Source: Octopus sinensis
Lineage: Eukaryota
Assembly (NCBI RefSeq): GCF_006345805.1
Contig: NC_043007.1
Location: forward strand, 25,606,001 to 25,670,000
DNA length: 64,000 nucleotides
Reading direction: 5' to 3'
Shown here: positions 23,892 through 37,704 of the stretch, piece by piece
Position numbering within the stretch: position 1 is the stretch's first letter
How the letters are laid out: every line of letters begins with the position of its first letter
Notes under the pieces: model-generated
The model's database searches: none
Seen by the model: only the letters and a program-made list of their open reading frames with translations
What the model was told of the DNA's origin: nothing
Position numbers and translations under genes: made by a program

Positions 23892-25343
23892 ACTACCTTT
23901 AAAGGTGGTTGAACTGACTGGTATTTCTGAATGCTGTAGTTGAAGATTTTTAGTTTAAAGTTCAAATCCCGCTGGTGTCTACTTTTGGTGTTAAGTTAAA
24001 TTTCTGATAATTTTCATTCAACTAACCATGAAAATTTCCCCTTTTTTCTTGTCAAAAGAAATTATTATCGTAGATTAATTTCAACCCCATCATGGAATTC
24101 ATCTACGTTTGTGTCGTCTTTGAGCAAACCGTAAATGTCAAAAAATCTTGTCTTTACGCAGTCGATTTAAAAAGCCGTCATTAAAACAAGGGAAATAACT
24201 TAGAGACCACACGGTTCATGTAAGGGGGATAACTCTTTCTATCCATTCTAGATAATTAGTAATAGTTTTCCTTCTGGAGTTAACCATAATAATAATGGTT
24301 TCAAATTTTGCCACAAGGGAGAGGATGAGTCGATTATATCGAGCCCAGTGTTCAACTGGTTATTTTATTTTATCGACCCCGAAAGGGTAAAAGGACTCGG
24401 CGGAATTTGAACCCAGAACGTAGCGACGGGCGAAATACCGCTAAGCATTTCGTCCAGTGCGCTAACGATTCAGCCAGCTCGCCTTCTTAACAATAAATAA
24501 ATAAATAAATAGAGATGGTTGCAGTTGGAACACGTTTGACCATAAATTTGCTCGTTCAAAGCCGACTTACGCCCGTCCCCCCACTCCACATTTTCTCCCA
24601 AATTTGTTTATAAAAAATTTTTTTCCCCCCAAAATCCCCATTTTGGGATATGGAAGTTCCGGAAAATTGCCAAAAATCGGCATTGTGAAAATTCCCCCAC
24701 CCCACCCAACTTCTTCAATTTTGCCTTTTTTCAGCAGAATTTGAACTCAGAACATAAAGACAGACGAAATGCTGCTAAGCATTATCCTTGGCATGCTAAC
24801 TATTCTTATTTCTTTATTTCCCACAAGGAGCTAAACATAGAGGGGACAAACAAGGACAGACAAAGGGATTAAGTCGATTACATCAACCCCAGGGCGTAAC
24901 TGATACTTAATTTTATCAGCCCTGAAAGGATGAAAGGCAAAGTCGACCTCGGCGGAATCTGAACTCAGAACATAAAGACAGATGAAATACTGCTAAGCAT
25001 TTTGCCCGGCACGCTAACGTTTCTGCCAGATTGCTTCCTTAATAATATTAATAATAATAATAATAATAATAACAATAATCCTTTCTACTCTAGGCACAAG
25101 ACCTGGAATTTTGGGAGAGGGAGACAATTGATTACGTCCCCCCCCCCCAGTGCTTAACTGGTACTTATTTTATCAACCCTTGTTGACCTTCACTACCATC
25201 TGTATTTTCCTTGTATCCCTAATGGCCCTCCTCTCTGTACTCCTGTTGCTGTTCGCTACGTTTCTGATCCTCCTTCCCATCATACCTCAATTGACCTTCA
25301 TAACACCTTTGTTCTCTGCTCCTTCTTTTTCTTCATCTCACAG

Positions 25344-25481
25344 GGTACATATGAAGACAATGAAATCTGTGGGAATGCTTTGGCAGGGATCTGGGTAAAG
25401 AATCATGCTAATCCTGTGATGCGACGGAATCACATACATCATGGCAGAGATGTCGGCATATTCACATTTGACAATGGATTA
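25344..25481 (+). CDS. FBXO11: FBXO11 exon 5 (PbH1/CASH repeats)
   Basis: ctcacag|GGT...TTA|gtaagt. [46 protein letters not shown]. Confidence 0.96.
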
Positions 25482-25528
25482 GTAAGTCACACTTTGTTGT
25501 TGTTGTTGCTTTTGCTGCTGCTGCTGCT

Positions 25529-25728
25529 GTTGTTGTTGTTAAGCAACAAGACAGGTAAGGGTGATTAGGTGATGGTTTAGGGCTTAGGGGCGGGAGACCC
25601 CAGACCTTGGAAAAAAAAAACTTTGGTCGTCTTGTTGTTGTCGTCGAGGGCTCTTCGTTGACACCCGACACCACTGGGAGGTGGCCCTCGAAGTCGCTGG
25701 AAATGGAGATCTCCAGGTTCAAATTCTT
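25529..25728 (-). mobile_element. About 195-nt (AAC)n-tailed retroposon, copy 1
   Basis: Reverse complement of 37509-37704; sits in a (TTG)/(CTG) tract just downstream of the exon 5 donor. Confidence 0.75.
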
Positions 25729-26573
25729 GGATGGCTGCTGTTGTTGTTTTTGCTGCTGTTGTTGTTATTTAGTTGCAGGTTAGTCCTTACTGAATAAACC
25801 CATGATCTGAGGCATTCTATCCATGACTGTCCTGACATTTTCTTGCATGCTGGGAACCCAATCTCTCAGTTCGCTGTTTTACAATATTAGAAATGGGACA
25901 GAACTAATTTTTTTCAAGAATACGTAAAGTCATAGGCACAGGAGTGGCTGTGTGGTAAGTAAGCTGCTTACCAACCACATGGTCATGGGTTCAGTCCCAC
26001 TGCATGGCACCTTGGGCAAGTGTCTTCTACTATAGCCTCGGGCTGACCAAAGCCTTGTGAGTGGATTTGGTAGACGGAAAGTGGAAGAAGCCCGTCGTAT
26101 ATATGTATATGTGTGTGTATCAGTGTGTGTGTGTGTGTATGTCTGTCTGTGTTTTTCCCCCCAACATCGCTTGACAACCGATGCTGGTGTGTTTATGTCC
26201 CCGTAGCTTAATTCCTCATCTCTTAAATATAGAACTGTATTTGTTGGTCTTGTTGCAAAACCATCATCATCATCATCGTTTAACATCCTCCTTCCATGCT
26301 GGCATGAGTTGGACAGTTTAACAGAAGCTGGCCACACAGAAGCCTGCATCATACTTCTGAGTCTGTTTTGGCATGGTTTTTACAGCTGGATGTCCTTCAA
26401 AATGCCAACCACTTTACAGTGTGGATGACTGGATGCTTTTTAAGTGGCACCTGCACTAGCAGGGTCACCAAGTAACTTTGCAAGACAAGGAATCTTTGAG
26501 AGGGGTGGGGGTCATTGGAGGAGGTGATCGTGATTTTCTTATTTTTTACATGCAAAATTTTTGTATTTTGTAG

Positions 26574-26791
26574 GGATTTTTTGAAAGTAATGATATTCAC
26601 AATAACCGTATTGCTGGCTTTGAGGTGAAGGCCGGTGCCAACCCGACTGTTATGCGGTGTGAAATACATCATGGCCAAACTGGTGGTATCTATGTTCATG
26701 AAAATGGTCGCGGCCAGTTTATAGAGAATCGTATTCATTCCAACAATTTTGCTGGTGTGTGGATAACGTCAAATAGTGATCCTTCCATCAG
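26574..26791 (+). CDS. FBXO11: FBXO11 exon 6 (PbH1/CASH repeats)
   Basis: ttttgtag|GGA...AG|gtgagt. [72 protein letters not shown](R). Confidence 0.96.
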
Positions 26792-26833
26792 GTGAGTCTA
26801 AGATCAACTCAAATTCTTTATCTAACTCTTTAA

Positions 26834-27045
26834 CTCTTCAGCATTTAAACGGGCCATATCTGACCCTGACATTGTACCAGTTTTATGCTCAAACTGGACA
26901 GACCTGGCAACTCACACCTACCCTACAATGTTATTCTAAAAATAAATAATTGAAGTCTTGAAGTTAAAAGATAATGCATAATTAAATCAAAACATTGTGA
27001 TTAATTAAACATTAAATTTGATAGGGTAATTTGAATGCTAAATGG
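26834..27045. mobile_element. piggyBac-type MITE (TTAA-flanked)
   Basis: TTAA|CTCTTCAGCATT...AATGCTAAATGG|TTAA; same family as 51292-51512. Confidence 0.7.
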
Positions 27046-27219
27046 TTAAAGAGTAACTATTATATCTTTATGGAGAATGTTCATGTATAAAATATGATGG
27101 AATTTTTTTGTGATGCTTGCATTTCATAACTTAATAACAGTGGCATACAGATGGTGAGCTGATAAAATTGTTACTTGTGTCGGGCAAAATGCTTAGTAGC
27201 ATCTTATCCGTCTTTACAT

Positions 27220-28079
27220 GTCAAAGTGCCAAAGAAATGTCTCAGGCACTTGGTGTTGTGTATTGCAATGGTCTCAGGCAATCTGCAGAAGATTGAGAAA
27301 GTGGAAAAGCTCGATAAATGGGTACTGCATGAACTCAATGAAAATCAAAAAGTTTGGCATTTTAAAGTGTGCTCAATGCTCTTTCTTTGAAACACTAATG
27401 ATCCTTTTCTTGACTGAATAGTCACTTGTGATGAAAAGTGGATCCTTTATGATAACCATAAGCAATCAGGTCAATGGCTTGACCATGATGAGTCCCCCAA
27501 ACATTTCCCAAAGTCAAAGTTGCATCAGCAAAAGATTATGGTCACTGTCTGGTGGTCTGCAAATGGTGTTGTCCATTACAGCTTTCTGGAAGCCAATCAG
27601 AGCATTGCAGCAGAGTTTAACTGCAATCAACTTGCTCAAATGTATGCTCAGTTGCAAAAAATGAGACCTGCATTGGTGAATTGGTGTGACCCAGTTCTGC
27701 TCCATGACAATGCAAAGCCACATGTTGCAAGAATGATGCTGCAGAAACTCACAGACTTGAGATACGAGACTTTACCACATCCTCCATATTCTCCTGACCT
27801 TTCATCCACTGACTACAATTTTTTTAAGCATTTAAACACGTCTTTATATGACTAAGCTTTCAGGTTCAAACCAATGATGGAATCAGCTTTCAAAGATTTC
27901 TTGGCATCAAAGTCAATAAATTTTTATCAACGAGGCATAAATAATCTTGTTGGTCAATGGCAGAGATGCAGAGATGTTCACGGCTCACACTTTGACTAAT
28001 CAAAACATTTCTATTGTTAATTTTTCCAGAATAAAATTATGCTTCTGAAATCGGCCACTATGTTTGGAACAACTTGATA
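27220..28079 (+). mobile_element. mariner (DD34D) transposase relic, 5'-truncated, 3' TIR retained
   Basis: WVLHEL, IVTCDEKW, HDNAKPH and YSPDLSSTDY motifs, with 34 residues between the 2nd and 3rd Asp. In-frame stops present; ends TTTGGAACAACTTGA-TA. Confidence 0.92.
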
Positions 28080-28524
28080 GTATAAAATACTATGATACTT
28101 AGAAACTTGATAGGTTTTGGCTGGAAGTGATCCAGGCCATGACTAACTCAATAGCAACACTTAGAGAAAGCATTTAATCATGTTTCTTTAGACACCACAA
28201 CTCATTCGAGTGATAGATTTGAGTGTAGGTGGTTTGTCTAGAGTTTGTTGATTATTTTCATTGTTTGTTGGAAATATTCAGTGAAATATTTAAAGCATTT
28301 CAAGTGTTTTTATCTATTAGTCTTTGACCAAATATTTCGTGCAATCACGTAATGGAATGTGACAGGGAGCAAAGCCAACCTGACCTTCTTTATGCTTGTA
28401 CTTTTATCTCGTACTCTCGTCTCATGTCTAAGACCAGTCATTAAAGCAAATATTGTAACTGTATTGGTCTAAATTGTTTACTGTCAATTTAAGTTACCTT
28501 TTTTTTTTTTTTTCTAATTTTCAG

Positions 28525-28610
28525 GAAAAATGAAATATTCAATGGCCACCAGGGTGGTGTGTATATATTTGGTGAAGGAAGAGGTTTAATAGAATACAAT
28601 GATATATATG
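28525..28610 (+). CDS. FBXO11: FBXO11 exon 7
   Basis: ttttcag|G...TATG|gtaagt. (R)[28 protein letters not shown](G). Confidence 0.96.
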
Positions 28611-29109
28611 GTAAGTTGGCTTCTTGTGAAATTATAGGAAAGCTGGGGTTGGTTTGGGTGATGGCAGTGGAGGTGTGGGTGATATCGATTGTAAACATAA
28701 ATTAGAGATGGATTAGGGCAACAGGCCCAATATTACATCTTAGATGAGGTTTACAATGTGTACTGTTATCACCATCATTCTTGTTTAATGTCTGTTTTCC
28801 ATATTGGCATGGGTTGGATAGTTTGACAGGAGCTGGCCAGCTGGGGAGCAGTCCAGACCCCATTTGTCTGTTTTGGCATGGTTTCTACAGCTGGATGCCC
28901 TTCCTGACACTATCCACTTTACAAAGTGTACTGGGTGCTTTTTATGTGGCACCAGCACTTGCAAGACAAAGATCTCTTGGTTGGGAGAGAGAATGGAGGC
29001 ATGGTCACAAAGAACATGCATTCTGAGCTTGACATGTCTTCTCAGGTACAGCAAATCACTAGAAGTCTTGGTCCCTTGCCATCTAAATAATATATGTATA
29101 TATATCATC

Positions 29110-29268
29110 ATCAAAATAAGCAACAAGGATATCCAAGGTAGTGTAGTACAATCGTTTCATGCTACTTCATTTTATTAAACAATGTAATTCTTACATTCTT
29201 CAATTAAATGGAGTCGCATGAAACGATTGTACTACACTACCTTGGATATCCTTGTTGCTTATTTTGAT
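29110..29268. repeat. Long palindrome
   Basis: 63-bp arms (first 53 bp perfect, 2 mismatches in total); 33-nt loop containing an AATGTAA/TTACATT stem. Confidence 0.92.
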
Positions 29269-29491
29269 TATAATCACCCCATTTGATTTATATGGATAAT
29301 ACCATACCAAATTCTGGTGCCTTTAACTTAAGTACCATATTCATCTGAATCTAAATTTTGCTATATATATATATATATACTCTTTTTCTCTTTTACTCTC
29401 ATACATACATACATACATACATACATAACATACCATACATACATACATACATACATACATACACACACACCACACACACACACACACCCAC

Positions 29492-29535
<44 letters not shown>

Positions 29536-30445
29536 CACTAACATACATACATACATGCATGCATGCATGCATTTGTGTGTGTGTATCATCATTGTCATCA
29601 TTTAACACCCATTTTCCATGCTGGTATGGGTTGGATGGTTAAACTGAAAACTGGTAAGCTGGAGAGCTGTACTGGGTTCCTTTCTCATTTGGCATGGTTT
29701 CTACAGTTGGGGTGTAGTGGGTACTTTTTTTGTGCCACCAGCATGGCTGCCATTTATGAAACACTATCATTGGCAATGACTACAATCTCGCTTGGTTTGA
29801 CAGGTCCTTTCAAGCACAGTGTATTGTCAAAGGTCTTGAACAAGAAAAGAACTCCATCCAGTGAGGGATAAATATCACTCAATGTACCAGCTTCACCTTA
29901 CTGGCACTTGTGCCCCGTGCCACTAGGGTGCTAAGAGCACCATCCGAGCATGATTGTTGCCAGAGCGGTTAACTGGTTTCCGTGCTGATGGCATGTAGGA
30001 GGCACCATTTGAGCGGGATCATTACCAGCATCGCCTTACTGGCACCTGTGCCGGTGGCATGTGTAAAAAGATTTGAGCAAAGTCGTTGCCAGTACCACCT
30101 GACTGGCCCCGTGCTGGTGACACATAAAAGCACCCACTACACTCTCGGAGTGGTTGGCATTAGGAAGGGCATCCAGCTGTAGAAACTCTGCCAGATCAAG
30201 ACTGGAACTTGGTGCAGCCATCTGGTTCGCCAGCCCTCAGTCAAATCGTCCAACCCACGCTAGCATGGAAAGTGGACGTTAAACGATGATGATGATGTAC
30301 ACAGTATAAAGTTATGAGAAACTAATAGTTTCTTCTATTGGAGACACGAGTCTAGGCAGGTTTTTTTATAACACACTTTGTTCATGTTATGTGTCCATGT
30401 TATTCCACTCACTTCTCTTTCCTTTTGTTTTTCTTTCTAATCTAG

Positions 30446-30540
30446 GTAATGCATTAGCGGGAATTCAAATTCGGACAAATAGCAACCCAATTGTACGACA
30501 TAACAAAATCCATCACGGGCAGCATGGAGGTATATATGTG
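30446..30540 (+). CDS. FBXO11: FBXO11 exon 8
   Basis: aatctag|GT...GTG|gtaagt. (G)[31 protein letters not shown]. Confidence 0.96.
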
Positions 30541-30623
30541 GTAAGTAAACCTTGTCCTATTTCTGATGCTGTTGGGTCCCTTTATTTTTCTTCAAGCTTC
30601 ATTTTGAGGTTCAATATGAGTAA

Positions 30624-31223
30624 CATCGTCATTGTTCGACTGTGGTCGAGACAATGGAATTTACTATGTTACGCCAGACTTCACGGTCCATCATAGCATT
30701 ACGGAGGTCCTGTTGCTGGATGCCTGTATCCCTGGAGATTACATCAGGGTAGGAGAGTGTGCGCCCTCTGGTATCACGAGTAGATGGCTTCCAGAGGAGA
30801 AGAGTAGAAATTACCTCGTTTTCAGCTCTACAACAATGTCCAGCAAACTGGACTTTCCTACTTTTCACAAGAGATGACACAGGTGGTAGTTTCCCATATA
30901 TTTGTACTTTGGTTGGATTTGAACATCATCATCATTGTTCGACCGTGGTCGAGACAATGGAATTTACTATGTTACGCCAGACTTCACAGTCCATCATAGC
31001 ATTACGGAGGTCCTGTTGCTGGATGCCTGTATCTCTGGAGATTACACCAGGGTAGGAGAGTGTGCGCCCTCTGGTATCGGCGAGTAGATGGCTTCCAGAG
31101 AGAAGAGTAAAAATTACCTAGTCGTTTTCAGCTCTACAACAATGTCCAGCAAACTGGACTCTCCTACCTTTTACAAAAGATGATACAGGTGGTAGTTTCC
31201 CATATATTTGTACTTTGGTCGGA
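30624..31223 (-). mobile_element. Two head-to-tail copies (300-bp period) of an RTE/RTEX-like LINE 3' fragment
   Basis: QFAGHCCRAENEVISTLLLWKPSTRDTRGRTLSYPDVISRDTG...MDREVWR with an (ATG)n tail. Copies start at 30624 and 30924 and end at the same truncation point. Confidence 0.8.
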
Positions 31224-31856
31224 TGAGTAAGGCTTGCTGGAGTTTGTTAATTTACATGAACTTGAGTTTATCAAATTTCTTAAATCTAAGGACAAATATT
31301 TTTTTTTTGTCATTGCTTGATTTGGTAGAAATAGCTGCTGAATCTTCCTCAAATCAGAACTCTACTGTCTTAAAAGAAAAACGAAAAACACGAAGTATGG
31401 TTTATATACATTGTTTGCAAATATAATACCAGGTTGGCATGACTGGAATGTCTTTGGTCTTAAGTTTACTGGATCAGGTATAACTTAGGGCTAGATAACA
31501 ATTTCTTGTAAAAGATGCAATCTTTAGAGGTAAAGAGTATACTGGGTGCATTTCATCGTGTCTTTTCAAGCTCAGCAAACCATCAGGTGTCTCTGTCCTC
31601 TGTCATCGCCCCTGTGGGTCCTGTGAATAAATAAGTATTACATTTTTTTAAAAATTTGTTTCAGTCATTTGACTGTGGCCATGCTGGAGCACCGCCTTTA
31701 GTCGAGCAAATCGACCCCAGGACGTATTCTTTGTAAGCCTAGTACTTATTCTATCGGTCTCTTTTGCCGAACCGCTAAGTTATGGGGACGTAAACACACC
31801 AGCATCGGTTGTCAGCGATGTTGGGGGGACTAACACAGACACACACACAAACATAT

Positions 31857-31919
<63 letters not shown>

Positions 31920-32210
31920 ATATTACACATATATATATAATATAATATATATACACATATATACGATGGGCTTCTTTCAGTTTCCGTCTACCAAATCCAC
32001 TCACAAGGCTTTGGTCGGCCGAGGCTATAGTAGAAGACACTTGCCCAAGGTGCCACACAGTGGGACTGAACCCAGAACCATGTGGTTTGTAAGCAAGCTA
32101 CTTACCACACGGCCACTCCTTGACTAAGTAATCTGAATTCTTAAGGGTTAAAGTGTGATATGTATTAATATTTTGTTTTTTGTTTTTTTTTTTTCTGTGT
32201 TGTTGTACAG

Positions 32211-32333
32211 CATGAGAAGGGCCAAGGTTTGATTGAAGAAAATGAAGTCTATTCCAATACATTAGCTGGTGTGTGGATCACAACAGGCAGCCAACCGATC
32301 CTCCGCAAGAACAGGATACACAGTGGGAAGCAG
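32211..32333 (+). CDS. FBXO11: FBXO11 exon 9
   Basis: tgtacag|CAT...CAG|gtatgt. [41 protein letters not shown]. Confidence 0.96.
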
Positions 32334-32355
32334 GTATGTTCTAACTATCACTCCC

Positions 32356-32398
<43 letters not shown>

Positions 32399-32489
32399 CT
32401 GTCTGTCTCTCTCTGTCTGTCTGTCTGTCTGTCTGTCTCTTTCTTTCTCTCTCTCTTTCCATCTCTCTCTCTCTCTCTCTTTCCATCTC

Positions 32490-32529
<40 letters not shown>

Positions 32530-32575
32530 GCTCTCTCTCTTTCTCTCTCTTTCTCTCTTTCTCTCCCTCTCTTAT
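32356..32575. repeat. (CT)n/(CTGT)n pyrimidine microsatellite about 20 nt downstream of the exon 9 donor
   Basis: Direct reading. Confidence 0.95.
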
Positions 32576-32658
32576 TCTTTAGTACTCCTTTTCTTTTAAT
32601 GTGTGTATGTATATATATGTGTGTGTTTGTGTGCGTGTATGTATGTACATATAGTAAG

Positions 32659-33120
32659 TGGAGGTGCAATGGCCCACTGGTCAGGGCAGCAGACTCATGG
32701 CCATAGGATCATGGTTTCAATTCTCAGACCAGGCATTCATCATCATCATTATCATCATCGTTTAACGTCCGTTTAAACGATGATGATGATGATGATGAAT
32801 GCCTGGTCTGAGAATTGAAACCATGATCCTATAGTGTTAATTGAGTGAAGATGCCTAGAGCTCCTCAAGGCTCCGTCAGGGGATGATGGTGAACCCTGCT
32901 GTACTCTGTCACCACAATTTTCTCCTACTCATTCTTCCTGTTTCTGTTGTACCTGCATTTCAAAGGGCCTTGTCACACTATGTCATGCTGAATCTCCCCA
33001 TGAACTACGTTAAGGGTACACGTGTCTGTGGAGTACTCAGCCACTTGCACGTTCATTTCATGAGCAAGCTGGTCTGTTGATAGGATCAACGGGGACCCTC
33101 ATTGTCATGACCGACAGAGC
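32659..33120 (+). mobile_element. tRNA-Arg-like SINE (tail A) interrupted by a snap-back palindrome at 32703-32832
   Basis: Head and body are homologous to 79-460; contains an inverted duplication. Confidence 0.8.
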
Positions 33121-33643
33121 GCTATGATAACTGAAACCAGAACCACCTGACTGCCCCCCCCCCCACCACCACCACCATACCTGTGGCATGTAAAAAGCAC
33201 CATCCGAATGTGGCCGATGCCAATACACCCTGACTGGCTCCTGTGTCGGTGGCACATAAAAAGTACCCACTACACTCTTGTAGTGGTTGGCGTCAGGAAG
33301 GGCATCCAGCTGTAAAAACACTGCCAGATCAGATTGGAGCTCGGTGCAGCTGCTGGCTCTCCAGACGTCAGTCAAACTGTCCAATCCATACCATCATGGA
33401 ACAGATGTTAAACGATGAATGATGATGATTATATATTATATATACATATATATATATATACATACATACATACATATGTATAATATATATATATATCTAT
33501 ATATTATATATATATATATATATTGTGTGTGTGTGTGTGTGTTGTATATATATATATATATTGTGTGTGTGTATATATATATGTATATACATATATATGT
33601 ATATATGTATATACATATATATGTATATATGTATATACATATA

Positions 33644-34015
33644 TCTCTCCTATATAAACGTCAGTTTGTCTGTGCGTGTTTCTGTGTGTCTGTTTTCTCG
33701 TACCCTCACCTGACCACGGCTTTCAACCGATTCTGATGAAACTTGACACACACATAGCCCAATGTCATAATTCAAAACTAACGCAGCGAAAATTTTGAAA
33801 AGTTCCCCCAGTTCTGAAAAAAATCGATAAATTCGACATGGGGTCCAGAATCAGAACACAACTGTCTAGGGGACGCAACTCTCACCTTTTTTAACTAAAA
33901 AAAAATTTACCATCATTTTTTTCCATTTTTTTGCTATTTTTTGGCTATAACTCTCTAAAAATGCTTTATAGTTATTTCCCTTACAAACCTGAGCAACGCC
34001 GGGCGATACTGCTAG
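33644..34015 (+). mobile_element. Helitron-like non-autonomous element
   Basis: TC..TATATAAA start, (GTCT)-like tract, and end GAGCAACGCCGGGCGATACTGCTAG|T. Confidence 0.7.
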
Positions 34016-34019
34016 TATG

Positions 34020-35360
<1,341 letters not shown>

Positions 35361-36004
35361 CACAAGCATGTATGTGTGGTGGTTAAGATGTTATTTAGCA
35401 AACCACGTGGTTCCGAGTTTGATTCTGGGTCTGTTAGGAAAATTTGGCTGATGGAAACTGTAAAGAAGCCTATTGCCCCCTTACACACAAATATACACGT
35501 GTTTATATGAATATAGGTCTCTGCATTATGTGCATGTGTGTGTGTGTGCGTGCGTGTGCATATATCTTTCACCGATATATATATATATATATTAATTAAT
35601 ATAGACAGCAGTATGCAATGTTTTATCAAAAAAGTAAATTATAATTGTCACTAAATGCAACTAGGGTGTTAGAACACCTTCATTGCTAGAAATGAGAGCT
35701 AAAATGCTCAAATGCATAGTCAAAGCACATTATTGCATACATATATACTGGCAAGGATTATAATCGCTTGAAAACACCAACCAAGAGGATTGAGCGAGGT
35801 CATTGCCAGTACCGCCTAACTGGCCCCTGTGCAGGTGGCACGTAAAAAGCACCCACTACACTCTCAGAGTGGTTGGCGTTAGGAAGGGCATGCAGCTGTA
35901 GAAATTCTGCCAAATCAAGATTGGAGCCTGGTGCAGCCATCTGGTTCGCCAGCCCTCAGTCAAAATCGTCCAACCCATGCTAGCATGGAAAGCGGACGTT
36001 AAAC

Positions 36005-36039
<35 letters not shown>

Positions 36040-36403
36040 CATACATAAATATATATAAACCATGTTGTAAAACCAGTGACACACTTGTCAATCTTACCAC
36101 TCCCAGAAAGTCAGTGAAGCAGCTGATTGTTCTATTGGAAACCTGTAGCCTTTGATGCTCATTGTTTCGATATTGTTATGTAAAGTAATAGTTATACTAA
36201 ATAACTATAGATTTGTAATATATATATATATATATATATATATATCTGTGTGGTAAGTAGCTTGCTAACCAACCACATGGTTCTGGGTTCAGTCCCACTG
36301 CGTGGCATCTTGGGCAAGTGTCTTCTGCTATAGCCCCGGGCCGACCAATGCCTTGTGAGTGGATTTGGTAGATGGAAACTGAAAGAAGGCTGTCGTATAT
36401 ATG

Positions 36404-36438
<35 letters not shown>

Positions 36439-37508
36439 TTGTGTGTCTGTGTTTGTCCCCCTAGCATTGCTTGACAACCGATGCTGATGTGTTTACGTCC
36501 CCGTCACTTGGCGGTTCGGCAAAAGAGACCGATTGAATAAGTACTGGGCTTACAAAGAATAAGTCACGGGGTCGATTTGCTCGACTAAAGGCGGTGCTCC
36601 AGCATGGCCGCAGTCAAATGACTGAAACAAGTAAAAGAGTAAAAGAGTATATATATAGTGGGCATCTGTGCTAGTGGAGTACAAAGAGTACCACATGAGC
36701 ATGATTGTTGCCACTGCCGCTGGACTTGCTCCTGTGCAGGTGGCACATAAAAAGCACCATTTGAGCATGGCCATTGCTAGTACCGTCTGACTGGCCTTCG
36801 TGCCTGTGGCACGTAAAAAGCACCCACTACACTCTCGGAGTGGTTGGCGTTAGGAAGAGCATCCAGCTGTAGAAACTCTGCCAGATCAGATTGGAGTGTG
36901 GTGCAGCCATCTGGTTCGCCAGCCCTCAGTCAAATCATCCAACCCATTATATCATGGAAAGCGGACGTTAAACGATGATGATATATATATATCGATCATC
37001 TTTTAACATCTTTTGTCCATGCTGGCATAGGTTGGACAGTTTGATCAGTGCTGGTAAGCTAGGGCCTGCACCAGATTCCAGTCTGATTTGGTGTGGTTTC
37101 TATGGCCAGATGCTAACCACTCCGAGAGCGTAATGAGTGCTTTTACATGCCACCAGCATGGGTGATTTTCATGTGCCACTGGCACAGGTGCCAGTTATGT
37201 GACACCAACATCAGGCACATTACTCCTGAGAGGCCAAACGTTTGACTATGATTTTGCTTAGCTTCCACATATATATGAGCATGCATGGATAGGGTAAAAG
37301 GGGTCAAGAACTCCTTTGGTCATGAATTACCTCAGGATTGCACCTATAAAATTCCCCTGTCAACACAAGTCCTGGCAAAGTTGTTTATAGAAAGGTTATG
37401 GTTAGGTTTATGCATACCAGCCTCCCCTCTCTACACCACCAATGTTATCCAAGGGAAAGGCAAAGGCCGATACAGCTTGGTACCAGTGATGTCACAACTC
37501 ATTTCTAC

Positions 37509-37704
37509 TGTTGAAGAATTTGGACCTAGAGATCTCCATTTCCAGCAACTTCGAGGGCCACCTCCCAGTGGTGCCGGGCGTCAACGAAGAGCCCTCAACT
37601 ACAACAAGAAAACCATTTTTTTTTTTTTTCCAAGGTCTGGGGTCTCCTGCCCCTAAGCCCTAGACCATGACCTAATCACCCTTACCCATCTTGTTGCTTA
37701 ACAA
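37509..37704 (+). mobile_element. About 195-nt (AAC)n-tailed retroposon, copy 2, nested in SINE D
   Basis: 15-bp TSD ACAACTCATTTCTAC (37494-37508 / 37704-37718). Confidence 0.8.

Noticed and set aside
27175-27855. Domesticated SETMAR-like gene
   Set aside because: In-frame stops, a truncated N-terminus, no SET domain and no splice link to FBXO11.
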